From positions 4,320,001 through 4,384,000 of the forward strand of contig OZ220744.1 of NCBI GenBank assembly GCA_965116925.1: a DNA stretch of 64,000 nt. The letters are read 5' to 3'. This document shows positions 1-10,046 of this stretch, in pieces. A program made the position numbers and the translations under genes. Numbering within the stretch: the stretch's first letter is position 1; each line of letters starts with the position of its first letter. Under the pieces are notes generated by a model. It was not told the DNA's origin. It ran no database searches and was given only the letters and a program-made list of their open reading frames with translations. Source of the DNA: Candidatus Poribacteria bacterium (GTDB lineage: Bacteria; Poribacteria; WGA-4E; PCPOR2b).

Positions 1-953
1 TCGAACAGTTCACACCCCGGACGCTCGCTTTCGGGATGATTACCTCGCCAGCAAACGTCAGCGCAATTAGTCTAGTGGGGGTCCAACCACCGACAGAACG
101 GTTTTTATCTCAAATCGATGACGCAATTACGGAAGGGGCATACTTTGAAGGGAACAATGACCGCGATATTGTGATTGGCGTGAAGCTGGCAGAGCTGCTT
201 GAGGTCACTCTCGGCAATCGGGTCGTCGTCACCGTCGCTCAGTCGGAGACAGGTGATCTGTCCCAAGAGATGTTTCGGATTTCAGGGATCTATCATCTCA
301 GCGGTGATGCAATGAGCGGGGGTATGGCATTTGTGCGGCTGGGAAAAGCCCAGGAGATGCTTGCCATCGGTTCCGGTGTCCATGAAATTGCGGTCAAATT
401 TACTGACACAAAATACGGACGGGATACAGATCTTCCATTTTGGGAGCACTATTCACAACATGACAACGAAGCATTAGGCTGGACGGAAATTCTACCTCAA
501 TTACAAGCCATGTTTGAGATGTCCAAGTATAGCAAATACATCATGGGAGTTATTCTCTTTGGTGTTGTTGTATTCGGGATTATCAACACGCTTTTCATGT
601 CGCTGTATGAACGAATGTTCGAGTTTGGCGTATTGCGTGCCGTAGGGACGCGCCCTTTTGGGATGGCACGACTGATCCTATTTGAAGCTGGAGCATTAGC
701 GATTGTGAGTATCGTCCTCGGTGCTATCCTCGGTTTCGTCTTGACGTGGATATTCACAAAGGTCGGCATTGATTACACCGGTATTGAAATGATGGGCGTG
801 ACGATACAGGAGCTTATCTACCCTATCATGACGATTGAACCGTTCATCTTGTATCCGATCTGGGTGTTTATCTTCACCATTATCACTGGGTTGTACCCGG
901 CTCGATACGCGGCGAAGATAGCCCCGGCGACTGCGATGCGTCGGAGTTTCTAA
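1..953 (+). CDS. ABC transporter permease, FtsX/LolE/MacB-like (5' end outside window)
   Basis: C-terminal FtsX-like motifs (INTLFMSLYERMFEFGVLRAVG; YPARYAAK), several TM segments, directly upstream of an ABC ATPase. Confidence 0.9.
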   Translation, partial: EQFTPRTLAFGMITSPANVSAISLVGVQPPTERFLSQIDDAITEGAYFEGNNDRDIVIGVKLAELLEVTLGNRVVVTVAQSETGDLSQEMFRISGIYHLSGDAMSGGMAFVRLGKAQEMLAIGSGVHEIAVKFTDTKYGRDTDLPFWEHYSQHDNEALGWTEILPQLQAMFEMSKYSKYIMGVILFGVVVFGIINTLFMSLYERMFEFGVLRAVGTRPFGMARLILFEAGALAIVSIVLGAILGFVLTWIFTKVGIDYTGIEMMGVTIQELIYPIMTIEPFILYPIWVFIFTIITGLYPARYAAKIAPATAMRRSF

Positions 954-1027
954 GTCAGCAGGGGCGGTGGAAGAAAAGAGCAGAGGGATCTGTTTCACGG
1001 ATTAGGTTTTGTGCGAGGAGTTTAACA

Positions 1028-1720
1028 TTGACGAATACCGATGTGATTGTCATAGAGAGCATTACGAAGGTATATGAAGGAAATGGTGTGCCCGTCGAAG
1101 CCCTTCGTGGAGTTGATTTGACGATTCAATCAGGGGAGTTCACGGCATTGGTGGGACCGTCTGGGTCAGGGAAAACGACGCTGCTCAACATCATTTCTGG
1201 GTTGGATGCGCCGACAGAAGGGAAGGTCTGGCTATCAGGCAAGCTGCTGTCGGGGATGAGTGGCAATGAGCTGTCCGATTTTCGCCGAGACAACATCGGC
1301 TTCATCTTTCAGGCGTACAACCTCATCCCCGTGCTGACGGTGGAAGAGAACGTGGAATACATTATGCTCTTGCAGCGCGTGTCCAAAGCAGAACGGCATC
1401 GACGCGTTGCCGCAATGCTTGAGGAGGTTGGGCTGGCGGGATTTGCAGACCGAAACCCACCGCAGCTCTCAGGTGGTCAACAACAGCGTGTCGCCATTGC
1501 GCGGGCGATGGTCTCTGAACCTGCGATTATCCTTGCTGATGAACCGACTGCAAACCTCGATTCGAGAACGGGGGCAGACCTACTCGATATGATGAGTCAC
1601 CTCAATACGCAGACAAACATGACGTTCGTATTCTCAACCCATGATCCAATGGTGATGGAGAGGGCGAGACGTTTGATAACGCTGAAGGACGGGCAAGTTG
1701 AGAGTGACGTGGTGAAATAG
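1028..1720 (+). CDS. ABC transporter ATP-binding protein, LolD/MacB-like
   Basis: Walker A GPSGSGKT, signature LSGGQQQRVAIARA, Walker B IILADEPT, H-loop STHD; GAGGAG RBS before TTG. Confidence 0.95.
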   Translation: MTNTDVIVIESITKVYEGNGVPVEALRGVDLTIQSGEFTALVGPSGSGKTTLLNIISGLDAPTEGKVWLSGKLLSGMSGNELSDFRRDNIGFIFQAYNLIPVLTVEENVEYIMLLQRVSKAERHRRVAAMLEEVGLAGFADRNPPQLSGGQQQRVAIARAMVSEPAIILADEPTANLDSRTGADLLDMMSHLNTQTNMTFVFSTHDPMVMERARRLITLKDGQVESDVVK

Positions 1721-1734
1721 CGATTTCGCTTTTT

Positions 1735-2007
1735 TCAGTCGTAATGCCCTCTGCATGCCGAAATGATGATTCTACCTTCTTCAACTCTGTAAACAATGCG
1801 ATTCGCCCGATCGATTCGTCTTGACCAGAAACCTGATAAATCGCCTTTCAGTGCCTCTGGTTTTCCTGTTCCACGAAAGGGATCTCGCTGAATTTCCCGA
1901 AGCAGATTGAGGATACGTCGGGTTTTCTTGCGGTCTTGCTGAATCCACCACGCAAGGTCTTCAAACGCTTCGGGTTCAAATTCCAAGTTTCTTGCGGACG
2001 ATCTCAT
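1735..2007 (-). CDS. yoeB: Txe/YoeB family mRNA interferase toxin
   Basis: Motifs AFEDLAWW, PFRGTGKPEALKGDLSGFWSRRID, C-terminal CRGHY; overlaps the end of the upstream small gene. Confidence 0.92.
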   Translation of the reverse strand: MRSSARNLEFEPEAFEDLAWWIQQDRKKTRRILNLLREIQRDPFRGTGKPEALKGDLSGFWSRRIDRANRIVYRVEEGRIIISACRGHYD

Positions 2008-2218
2008 AAGGAATTTCTTCGGTACTGTTTCGGGGTTTCAAAAGTCGATCCCTCATTTTCGGATCACTCAACAGGTATTCCGTTTCTTTTTCTGCGCTTT
2101 CCGATGCGTCCCTGACCATTTCCTCAATGATTTGAGCGACAGTCAGCCCCCGTTGTTCTGCCTGAACGGATAACCATTCGTAATCTTCATTGTTGATCTG
2201 AATAGGAATTGTCTTCAT
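1976..2218 (-). CDS. Antitoxin: RHH/CopG-like N-terminus with YefM-like C-terminal segment
   Basis: Likely start MKTIPIQI at 2218; ETEYLLSDPKMRDRLL resembles the YefM toxin-binding segment; upstream of and overlapping yoeB. Confidence 0.8.
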   Translation of the reverse strand: MKTIPIQINNEDYEWLSVQAEQRGLTVAQIIEEMVRDASESAEKETEYLLSDPKMRDRLLKPRNSTEEIPYEIVRKKLGI

Positions 2219-2410
2219 TTTTTGTTTTCCAGTGGAAACTTCCACACCGTTAGGGAGGGGAAGCCACGCTTCTCCTGATATCGATTGGATTTTTTCTAAA
2301 GATACGCCCGACATACATTTATTATACCACAGTCCTAAACCCATGAGCAGGACTATTTTTAGGCATAGTGGATATAGGATTCATTTTCCTGAAACTGGAT
2401 TGAAAAAATC

Positions 2411-3634
2411 GTGAGAAAATTCCCCGTACTTACCGTCTTTCTGATTGTAACCGTGATCGCCGGACCCACCAATGCTGATCTTCAAATCAGTGGATATTAC
2501 AAAAACTTTTCCACGGGTTTGAATCCGCCCTTGCCGGACGAACCAATTATCGGTGCGGTGAACAACCGACTGCGGCTTAATTACGCTTACATCCCCACCG
2601 ATGCGCTTTCGTTTGACCTCTCCTACGATTTCGCGTCCCGTATTCAAGACCCGTCCCTGTTTTCTGATCCGCCAATCGCAGGTGCTGCGGGTTCACTCCA
2701 CCATCGCGTTGTGGATTTTGATACCGCTATCTATCCTGACGGAAATGATCCTGATAGTAGTTTTGGTCTCTTTCACAACCTTGATCGTGCTTCTATTGTG
2801 TATGGTGCTGATTTTGGCGACATCACAATTGGTCGCCAAGCTATCGCGTGGGGGAGTGCGCGGGTCGTGAACCCGACGGATGTCATTGCCCCCTACGCCT
2901 ACAATCAACTGGACACGGAGGATCGAATCGGCGTGGATGCGATTCGGGTTCAGATTCCGATTGGTGTGTTGGGAGAGTTCGATACCGGCTATGTTTTCGG
3001 CGAGAATTTGGCTTTTGAAAAGAGTGCCTTTTTCCTTCGGAGCCAACTGAATGCGCTAGAAACGGACTTCTCAATTTCGCTGTTGGGATTTCGTGAACAT
3101 CTGATGGCAGGCTTTGACATAGCGCGGGGGATCGGTGGTGCCGGATTCTGGCTTGAAGCCGCTTATGTCTACACCAACGCATTCGATAGTAAAAACGGGG
3201 AAGCAGAGAACTATCTCCGGGCATCAATAGGCCTGGACTACAGTTTTAGCGGGGTGTCTTACGGGTTTATCGAATACCATTTCAGCGGCGCAGGGGCAGG
3301 GGAGCCGGGGGATTATCTCGACAACCTAGACCGACTGGCTTACACCGATGGAGCGGTCTACCTCATGGGCAGACACTACTTCGTCCCCGGGCTCACCTTC
3401 CAAATCACACCGCTTATCTCGTTGAGTGGTGTCGTGCTATCGAACGTTTCTGATCCTTCGGTGTTTCCCTCTCTACAGCTTGAATACAACTTCGCACAGG
3501 ATATTTACCTCTCCGCCGGTGGGTTCATCGGAATTGGCACACGTCCTGAAACTGAGGACGACGAAACACAATTCAGATCGGAGTTTGGGGGATACCCAAC
3601 CCTCTTTTTTTCATCGTTCCGGATCTATTTCTGA
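2411..3634 (+). CDS. Predicted outer-membrane beta-barrel protein associated with the ABC transporter cluster
   Basis: Signal peptide, alternating aromatic strands, GRQAIAWGS motif, C-terminal Phe (FRIYF). Confidence 0.7.
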   Translation: MRKFPVLTVFLIVTVIAGPTNADLQISGYYKNFSTGLNPPLPDEPIIGAVNNRLRLNYAYIPTDALSFDLSYDFASRIQDPSLFSDPPIAGAAGSLHHRVVDFDTAIYPDGNDPDSSFGLFHNLDRASIVYGADFGDITIGRQAIAWGSARVVNPTDVIAPYAYNQLDTEDRIGVDAIRVQIPIGVLGEFDTGYVFGENLAFEKSAFFLRSQLNALETDFSISLLGFREHLMAGFDIARGIGGAGFWLEAAYVYTNAFDSKNGEAENYLRASIGLDYSFSGVSYGFIEYHFSGAGAGEPGDYLDNLDRLAYTDGAVYLMGRHYFVPGLTFQITPLISLSGVVLSNVSDPSVFPSLQLEYNFAQDIYLSAGGFIGIGTRPETEDDETQFRSEFGGYPTLFFSSFRIYF

Positions 3635-3662
3635 ATCGCCCATGTTAAGAAATCGTGCAACA

Positions 3663-3698
3663 GAACCCGAGTTTTGAAGAAAAAAAACTCGGGTTCTC
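3663..3698. repeat. Palindromic hairpin AGAACCCGAGTTTT...AAAACTCGGGTTCT, probable terminator between convergent genes
   Basis: Long inverted repeat between convergent stops; related CCCGAGTTT...AAACTCGGG copy near 17097-17122. Confidence 0.7.
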
Positions 3699-3775
3699 TT
3701 CGTGCTTTGCACTTTCTTTTTATATGAGCCTTCTGAATCAGAGGACGATCTCGAATGAATCAGGGCATTGTATTT

Positions 3776-5242
3776 TTACGCCTCCCCCTCCCAACGCACG
3801 TTTTTGTAGGGCGAAATTAGAGGGGCTTCCGCCGGTGGGGAAACTAGGTCTCCATCTGTCACCCAGCCGCAATCCCGCGCTGCTAGTTCCGCAACCAAGT
3901 ATCCCTTCCATTTAGCGACTTCAGCCTGATATTCCGGGTGGTCAATCCGGTTATGACACTCTCCAGGATCTTCTTCAAGATCAAAAAACTGAAGTTCATC
4001 GATGCGTGGCAACCAAATCAACTTCCGTTTCCCATCGGTGACATATTGCATCTCTTGTTCATGGGAATAACAGGTACAATGTTCGCCGTGAATGTAAGGA
4101 CGCCAATTCGGGTCGGGCTGCTGTGTTAGCGGGACGACGCTCTGCCCATCAACAGTTTTTGGAACATCGACGCCAGCTGCATTGAGGATAGTCGGCATAA
4201 TGTCGCGCAGTTCGACTACTTCATCGGCTACTTTGCGGGAAGCTGCAGAACCGCGAGTCGGTGGGGTGACAATAAAGGGAATACGAGCACTGCCTTCGTA
4301 GGCGTAGGTTTTGCGCCACAGGTTATGGTCACCAAGCATTTCGCCGTGGTCGGAGGTAAAGATAAACCACGTATCCGCAAAAGTGTCCGGTTGGTGCCGC
4401 CGAAACCAGTTCATCAACCGACCAATTTGGGTGTCGATAAAGGAGATTTCACCGTAGTAGCCAGACCGTGCGCGATGGATTCGTCTTTCTGAGTGTTTTC
4501 CGCGCCATGCGTTGGGGTCAACCGCGACGTCTGGTCTGTCGTGACAGGTAGCCCAGTCGCCGACAGACGGAGACGGTGTCGTACCATTATGATACATCTC
4601 GAAATAGGGTGCGGGCGGTACAAAGGGAGAGTGTGGTCGAGCGAAGGAGATATTGAGGAAAAAAGGACGTTCCCGATCCCGTTGGGAGAGGAAATGGGTC
4701 GCACGGCTCATCGTCCATGACGTTGGATGCAGGTACTCTTCGGTGTGCCACGGGCGGGAAACCCAAGAGTTCCAATCAACGCCGTGGTCATCGGGTGTGA
4801 TGTCGCGCCGTTTTTCCGCATCAAACCAAGTGCGGTATTCGTCCTTCAGGCCGTGGCGCAACATCCGTCCGGATTCGTCTAACTCTTGGCTTTCAAACCC
4901 CATCTTGGCGCGTTGGGGAGTGAAGTGTCCTTTCCCGATGAGGTGCGTCCGGTAGCCTGCACCGGTCAATTCACCTGCCAATGTGTGTGGGAAGTCGTTT
5001 GGGATCGGTCCCTGTCCGCCCCCCATACCGAGGATGCCGGTATGCCATTGGTTCATCCCCGTCATCAGCGTTGCCCGCGCCGGGATGCAGGAAGGGGAGG
5101 CGGTATAAGCGTGTCGAAACCGGGTTCCGCGGGCGGCAAGGTAATCAAGGTTCGGTGTCTCAATATAGGTGTTGCCGTCAGCACCTATGCAATCACCGCG
5201 CATCTGGTCTACCATCATAAGAATGACATTAGGGCGGTTCAT
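3776..5242 (-). CDS. Arylsulfatase/choline-sulfatase-like S1 sulfatase
   Basis: FGly motif SCIPARATLMTG (CxPxR), PNVILMMVDQMR, GKGH, SDHGEMLGDH. Confidence 0.95.
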   Translation of the reverse strand: MNRPNVILMMVDQMRGDCIGADGNTYIETPNLDYLAARGTRFRHAYTASPSCIPARATLMTGMNQWHTGILGMGGGQGPIPNDFPHTLAGELTGAGYRTHLIGKGHFTPQRAKMGFESQELDESGRMLRHGLKDEYRTWFDAEKRRDITPDDHGVDWNSWVSRPWHTEEYLHPTSWTMSRATHFLSQRDRERPFFLNISFARPHSPFVPPAPYFEMYHNGTTPSPSVGDWATCHDRPDVAVDPNAWRGKHSERRIHRARSGYYGEISFIDTQIGRLMNWFRRHQPDTFADTWFIFTSDHGEMLGDHNLWRKTYAYEGSARIPFIVTPPTRGSAASRKVADEVVELRDIMPTILNAAGVDVPKTVDGQSVVPLTQQPDPNWRPYIHGEHCTCYSHEQEMQYVTDGKRKLIWLPRIDELQFFDLEEDPGECHNRIDHPEYQAEVAKWKGYLVAELAARDCGWVTDGDLVSPPAEAPLISPYKNVRWEGEA

Positions 5243-5523
5243 CGAAAAGCTCCTTTTATATTGATCCGTGCCTTATCAAGCGAGTCGTTAAATCGTTAGA
5301 ACAGTTTTGATCGGGTGCAACAGTGGTATGCACAACCCTATCGGGAAATTCGACGCCTATCTTCTTAGATTGAATCGGCTATGCCAATATAATCAACGCA
5401 TTTGTGGCGGATGTCAAGCAGATTTTCGATTGTTGGACACATTTTTGAAGAAAGTCGGTAATTGGGGCATAGGGCAAAGGTTTAATGGATTAGTGTGGAA
5501 TATCATAGCAGGGAGATGATACA

Positions 5524-5780
5524 ATAACCGAAGTTGCTACCATATTTTCCACTTGGAATTGGACAAAAAGTAACGCGCAATGAATTGCGCTACTACGAAC
5601 CTGTGCGTGCAATTATATGCTGCGAAGTAATCGCAGGTTAGCCTACCCCGGTTATATTGGTGGCAGGTATGCGCCGATCACAGATTAGGAAATCTGTGGC
5701 TACGAGAGCGATGGTTCAGGCATAGGGAGCCTCAGATTGGGATTCAAAGCAATATATCTATCACTAGCAACCTGCGTTAA
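5524..5780. repeat. Composite repeat: TAACNNAAGTTGCT-type shell enclosing REP-like hairpins
   Basis: Left arm ATAACCGAAGTTGCTA, right arm TAGCAACCTGCGTTAA; internal hairpins GCGCAATGAATTGCGC-TACTAC and CACAGATTAGGAAATCTGTG-GCTAC. Confidence 0.55.
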
Positions 5781-5834
5781 CTTAACCGAGTATTGACGTG
5801 AAATTGGGGTCTATCAGAAGCGAGGGAGAATTAT

Positions 5835-7289
5835 ATGACAGACAAGGGAACTGCCTATCTGTTTATTAACGATGCACACATAGAGAGCCTTGAGGGTGCT
5901 ACAAAAGGCGTTGTTCCGGCGCAGAAGGTGTCTGATGAGCCGTTGATTGAGAAAAGCGAACCTTGGGAGGATGAGTGGCGCATTGGCAGCTACATCAACG
6001 TGATCTACGACGACGAGGACGCCCTTTTCAAGATGTGGTATGGCGTGGGACGAAGATTAAGCGACGCTCGCGGCGAAGAAGCGGATGGACTCGCCTATGC
6101 TGTTTCACGAGATGGCTACCATTGGGAAAAGCCCATCCTCAACCTCGTCGAGGACAACGGGAGCAAAGCGAATAACCTCGTCTTTCCGATGTTCAGGTGG
6201 GGTGCGGGCACCGGAGTCATGAAGGATCCCATTGAGCTAGACCCCGCCAAGCGATACAAAATGCTCTTTATGTTCCAGAGTGCGTCAATGAGGTTTGCCG
6301 GGATCGTTCAGCCGGTTTGTGTTGCGTATTCGTCCGACGGGATTAATTGGAACGTTCCTAAATACTGGCTCAACCCGGTCATCCCAGAGGGGTCGGACAC
6401 GCATTTGGTCGCTTATTGGGATCCCCAACTCCATAAGTACGTTGTTTACCTGCGAGGTAGGCCGAACGTCCGGCTTATCTGCATGTCTGAGAGCGATGAT
6501 TTTGAAAGCTGGACGCCGCGAGAGATTATCGTCCAACCCGACGCACAAGATCCCCCGCAGGACCACGAGTTCTACGGTATGAGTTCGCTGGCGTATCGCG
6601 ATTTTCGGGTTGGATTCCTGTCTGTGTTCCACACACTCAACGAGGGTTGGATCGCCCAGAATCAGATTGAACCGTGGATGCCCGAATGGATGAACCAGAT
6701 GGACGTTCAACTTACGTACTCGAAGGACGGTCGGACGTGGCATCGTGCGGGTGCGCGTGAACGGATTTTGGTCTGTGGCCCGCGCGGCAGTTTTGATTCT
6801 GGGTGTGTTTATCCCCCACATGCTCCCTTTGTACGTGGCGAGGAGATCTGGGTCTATTATGGTGGTTCAAACGACCTACACGGCGAACCTCCTCGCCATG
6901 GTGAGCCGACCCGCCGCGGGATAAGCCTAGCTAAGATTCAGAAGGATCGATTGGTCTGTCTAAAAGCAGAGAAAGAGGGGCTTGTGACCACGACATCTCT
7001 CAGCATCAGGCCGGATTCGCTGTGGATAAACGCCGATGCTACGGGAGGGTCATTGCAGGTGGAGTTAGTAGATCCCTTTGACCGGGTGATCTCTGGTTTC
7101 TCCAAAGATGACTGTGTGCCTTTTACTGGCGATGAAACGGAACATCGGGTGATATGGAAGGACGATCGGAAGGCATCGGCAGGCACCGGCACTGACGGTC
7201 TTGAGGATAAGATGGTTTCTCAATCGGCAGGACTCTTCAAAGTCAGGGTCTACCTCAACAACGCCAAACTTTTTGCGCTTTATTCGTAG
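5835..7289 (+). CDS. Five-bladed beta-propeller glycoside-hydrolase-like protein (GH32/43 clan-like)
   Basis: Repeated S-x-D-G-x-x-W boxes (SRDGYHW, SSDGINW, SKDGRTW), YYGG motif, C-terminal beta-sandwich-like region; GGGAG RBS. Confidence 0.65.
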   Translation: MTDKGTAYLFINDAHIESLEGATKGVVPAQKVSDEPLIEKSEPWEDEWRIGSYINVIYDDEDALFKMWYGVGRRLSDARGEEADGLAYAVSRDGYHWEKPILNLVEDNGSKANNLVFPMFRWGAGTGVMKDPIELDPAKRYKMLFMFQSASMRFAGIVQPVCVAYSSDGINWNVPKYWLNPVIPEGSDTHLVAYWDPQLHKYVVYLRGRPNVRLICMSESDDFESWTPREIIVQPDAQDPPQDHEFYGMSSLAYRDFRVGFLSVFHTLNEGWIAQNQIEPWMPEWMNQMDVQLTYSKDGRTWHRAGARERILVCGPRGSFDSGCVYPPHAPFVRGEEIWVYYGGSNDLHGEPPRHGEPTRRGISLAKIQKDRLVCLKAEKEGLVTTTSLSIRPDSLWINADATGGSLQVELVDPFDRVISGFSKDDCVPFTGDETEHRVIWKDDRKASAGTGTDGLEDKMVSQSAGLFKVRVYLNNAKLFALYS

Positions 7290-7296
7290 TGTTGCC

Positions 7297-7397
7297 TATA
7301 GTGAGTCTTAGAATTAATGAGACACTCCAAACCGGTGCGGTTGGAAACCGCACCTACCGGGGGCGAAAGTGTCTATTTATTTTTTGAATTCACCATA
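7297..7397. mobile_element. MITE-like shell A, copy 1, carrying hairpin GGTGCGGTT-GGA-AACCGCACC-TAC
   Basis: About 28-bp imperfect terminal IRs TATAGTGAGTCTTAGAATTAATGAGACAC / GTGTCTATTTATTTTTTGAATTCACCATA; three more copies in the window. Confidence 0.8.
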
Positions 7398-7412
7398 AAT
7401 CGTTCCTAGAGG

Positions 7413-8447
7413 TCAGTCAGCGATTGTAACTTCCCTGCCCTTTTCGGCTGCCTCGTACAGCGCGTCCATCACCCGCTGCACATCGAGCATTTCACTGAAC
7501 CGAACAATGGGCGGACGGTTTTCCAGAATGCTCCGGCAGAAGTCTTGATAGACACTGCCAAACTGGCTTGCCTCATCGGTGCGGGGTGTCACATCTACAA
7601 TGCTACCGCCTTCCTCTAGCGCAACCCGTAGAGGCCTTAGGCTGGCAGTTCCCCAATCGCCCAAGATTTCGGCGCCACTAGGACGGGAGCGTGGGTGCAT
7701 CATCCAGTTGCTTTCCACCGCCATCGTCGAACCGTCTGCAAAGTGCACCAAACCGACATTGAAGTCTTCAATATCGCAGTCTGTCACTGATCCCTGCCAT
7801 GTGATGAGTGGGGTTTTCATCCTACGCACTTTCTGGTAGCTTGCCGCCGAGGCGCGTACCGGCTTCGGATTACCCAACGCCCAGAGGGTCGCGTCGAGAA
7901 GATGGACGGTTGTATGGAACAGCACGCCGCCGCCTGCTAGGGAACGCTTATACATAGTGGGGGTGCCGGGGATGTGCATCACATGCCCGTGCCAGAGCCG
8001 CGTGTGGTAAACGTTGCCTAGTTTCCCATCAGCAAGGAATTGACGCAACGCCTGCACTTCAGGATTGGCGCGATTTTGTAAACCCATTGACATCAGTTTC
8101 CCGCAGCGCTTTGCTGTAGCGGTCATCTCCTCCGCTTCGGCGAGATTCATCGCCAACGGTTTGGAGATCAGCACATTGGCACCCGCTTCAAAGGCAGCCA
8201 CCGCCGCGTTACGGTTGGCGGACGGTGGCAGGGCAAGACTAACAACGTCCAGTGGGTGACGCTTGAGCATTTCACGGTAATCGGTGTAATGGTATGGGAC
8301 ACCAAATTCGATAGCTGCCTCTCGCATCCTGTTTGGATTTACGTCTGCGACGGCGATAATCTCTGCTTCGGGAATCTCCATGTAGCCTTGAATATGCCCA
8401 CGTCCATGCGCCCCGCAGCCAATTATACCGACCTTGAGTTGATTCAT
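7413..8447 (-). CDS. Gfo/Idh/MocA family oxidoreductase
   Basis: GIIGCG Rossmann motif, SKP variant of EKP, GGGVLFHTTVHLLD. Confidence 0.93.
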   Translation of the reverse strand: MNQLKVGIIGCGAHGRGHIQGYMEIPEAEIIAVADVNPNRMREAAIEFGVPYHYTDYREMLKRHPLDVVSLALPPSANRNAAVAAFEAGANVLISKPLAMNLAEAEEMTATAKRCGKLMSMGLQNRANPEVQALRQFLADGKLGNVYHTRLWHGHVMHIPGTPTMYKRSLAGGGVLFHTTVHLLDATLWALGNPKPVRASAASYQKVRRMKTPLITWQGSVTDCDIEDFNVGLVHFADGSTMAVESNWMMHPRSRPSGAEILGDWGTASLRPLRVALEEGGSIVDVTPRTDEASQFGSVYQDFCRSILENRPPIVRFSEMLDVQRVMDALYEAAEKGREVTIAD

Positions 8448-8513
8448 ATCCTACCTTCCAAAAACGAAATTCAACAATAGGTGGCTTGAGTATGTCAACG
8501 TATTATAGATGGG

Positions 8514-9350
8514 TTAAAGTGTCCGACGCACTTTCTCAGCGTCGCTGAACAGAATCTCACGGACAGCGTTGGTCGCCTTCTCATGGAACTGAACCGCAGC
8601 AGGATCCATGTCTTTGGCTGGACGCGGAGCCTCCTTAAAATGGCCGAACCGATCCGTGCCACGCACAAGTGCTGCACTGTCCCATTCACCGATGGTCTGC
8701 TTGGTGCGGGTGGGCATATAGTGCATCGAAAGACCGATGCGTCGATCCGTTGACCGGTTGGGTCCCGATGCGTGTGCCAACCGTACATTGTGCAACGAGA
8801 TCTCACCCGGTTGTAGCGGCATTTCCACAGCCTCGACTTCATCGACCTCCACCGCGATTTCCTGTCCACGGGTCAAGAGGTTGTGCTGCTTATACTCATC
8901 CGCGTGGGGCAGGAGATCACCCTTATGGCTGCCCGGTAGGACTCGCATACAACCGGTCTCCGGTGTTGCCGGTGAAAGTGCCAACCAGACGCTGACCAAG
9001 TGGTCGGTATCAAGACCCCAATAGCGCAGATCTTGATGCCACGAGACAAAAGTCTCACTGAGTGGTTCCTTGATCCAGAAGAACGTGTTCCAGCAGAGGA
9101 TATCGGGACCGATCAGATCCTCGACCGCATCAAGAATTTTGTCATAGCGCATCAGATCGTCAACCCATGTAAAGAGCAGATGAGATTTGCTTCGCTGCGC
9201 TCCCGCAATGGGGCTGCCTTGATTGGCTTCAAATTTCTCAAGTTGTGATCGATTGGCTGCGACCTGTTCGGCGTCTAGTATCTTGACAGGGAAATAGTAC
9301 CCCTCCCGATTATATTGTGCGATAGCATTTTCGCTCAGAAGTTTCATCAT
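8514..9350 (-). CDS. Phytanoyl-CoA dioxygenase (PhyH) family Fe/2-oxoglutarate enzyme
   Basis: WHQD, VWLAL, PGSH, distal His in LAHASGPN, then DRR; start set at MMKLL after a GAGGGG RBS. Confidence 0.92.
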   Translation of the reverse strand: MMKLLSENAIAQYNREGYYFPVKILDAEQVAANRSQLEKFEANQGSPIAGAQRSKSHLLFTWVDDLMRYDKILDAVEDLIGPDILCWNTFFWIKEPLSETFVSWHQDLRYWGLDTDHLVSVWLALSPATPETGCMRVLPGSHKGDLLPHADEYKQHNLLTRGQEIAVEVDEVEAVEMPLQPGEISLHNVRLAHASGPNRSTDRRIGLSMHYMPTRTKQTIGEWDSAALVRGTDRFGHFKEAPRPAKDMDPAAVQFHEKATNAVREILFSDAEKVRRTL

Positions 9351-9530
9351 TTGAACCCCCTCTAGAATCACTGGTTGCCCGCTAGAATCTTAATCGAATC
9401 TAAGTGCCTAATCCTTTAGTGGATGCCGTAAACCCTCTCAACAGCTGCTTTATCAATCTTGCTGACTACAGCCCTATCCTTCAGGTTGGAGCTGTAGTCA
9501 GCCAACCCCTGTTAAGTGAATCAAAAAAGG

Positions 9531-9559
9531 TTGAAATTGTGGTCTGAATATGATATACT
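9531..9559 (+). promoter_or_regulatory. Sigma70-type promoter for the DUF971 gene
   Basis: TTGAAA, 17-bp spacer, TATACT with extended -10 TG. Confidence 0.55.
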
Positions 9560-9667
9560 CGCTTTGGGTTTCGTGGGAAGGTCTTACGCCACTGCGACAA
9601 ATGGTCCCTTAACACTAGGTGTCTACCACCATGCTAACCACAACAGATATCGCAGAATAGCCTGCAC

Positions 9668-9961
9668 ATGACACCTCAGCCAACCCAAATTCAACGCCTT
9701 CCAGACGCAATTAGTGTTCAATGGAACGATGGACACCAAAGCGAGTATTCCCATCAACTGCTACGTCAAAGGTGCCCATGTGCACGGTGCCAATCAGAGC
9801 AATCGGATAAAAACCCGCTACGCCTGTTACCCACCAACTCGTTATCCAAAAACCTTACACTCGTTGATATACAGCGTGTCGGTCGTTACGCGATCCGGTT
9901 GATTTGGGCGGACGGCCACAAGACAGGCATCTATACATTTGATTTTCTGCGCTCGCTTTAA
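9668..9961 (+). CDS. DUF971 / GBBH-like N-terminal domain protein
   Basis: WNDGH, LRQRCPCARC, GRYAIRLIWADGHKTGIYTFDFLR. Confidence 0.9.
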   Translation: MTPQPTQIQRLPDAISVQWNDGHQSEYSHQLLRQRCPCARCQSEQSDKNPLRLLPTNSLSKNLTLVDIQRVGRYAIRLIWADGHKTGIYTFDFLRSL

Positions 9962-10046
9962 CCAAGTCTGATAGGGACGGTGTCCGGTTGATGAACCCCT
10001 TTCATCAACTGATTCTCTCTCCTGTCACCTTTTCACGGATGGTTTG

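Noticed and set aside
9560..9667. Leader with AAATGG...GTGTCTACC resembling a purine riboswitch
   Set aside because: Spacing and the P1, P2 and L3 elements do not fit the consensus; an Rfam scan would settle it.
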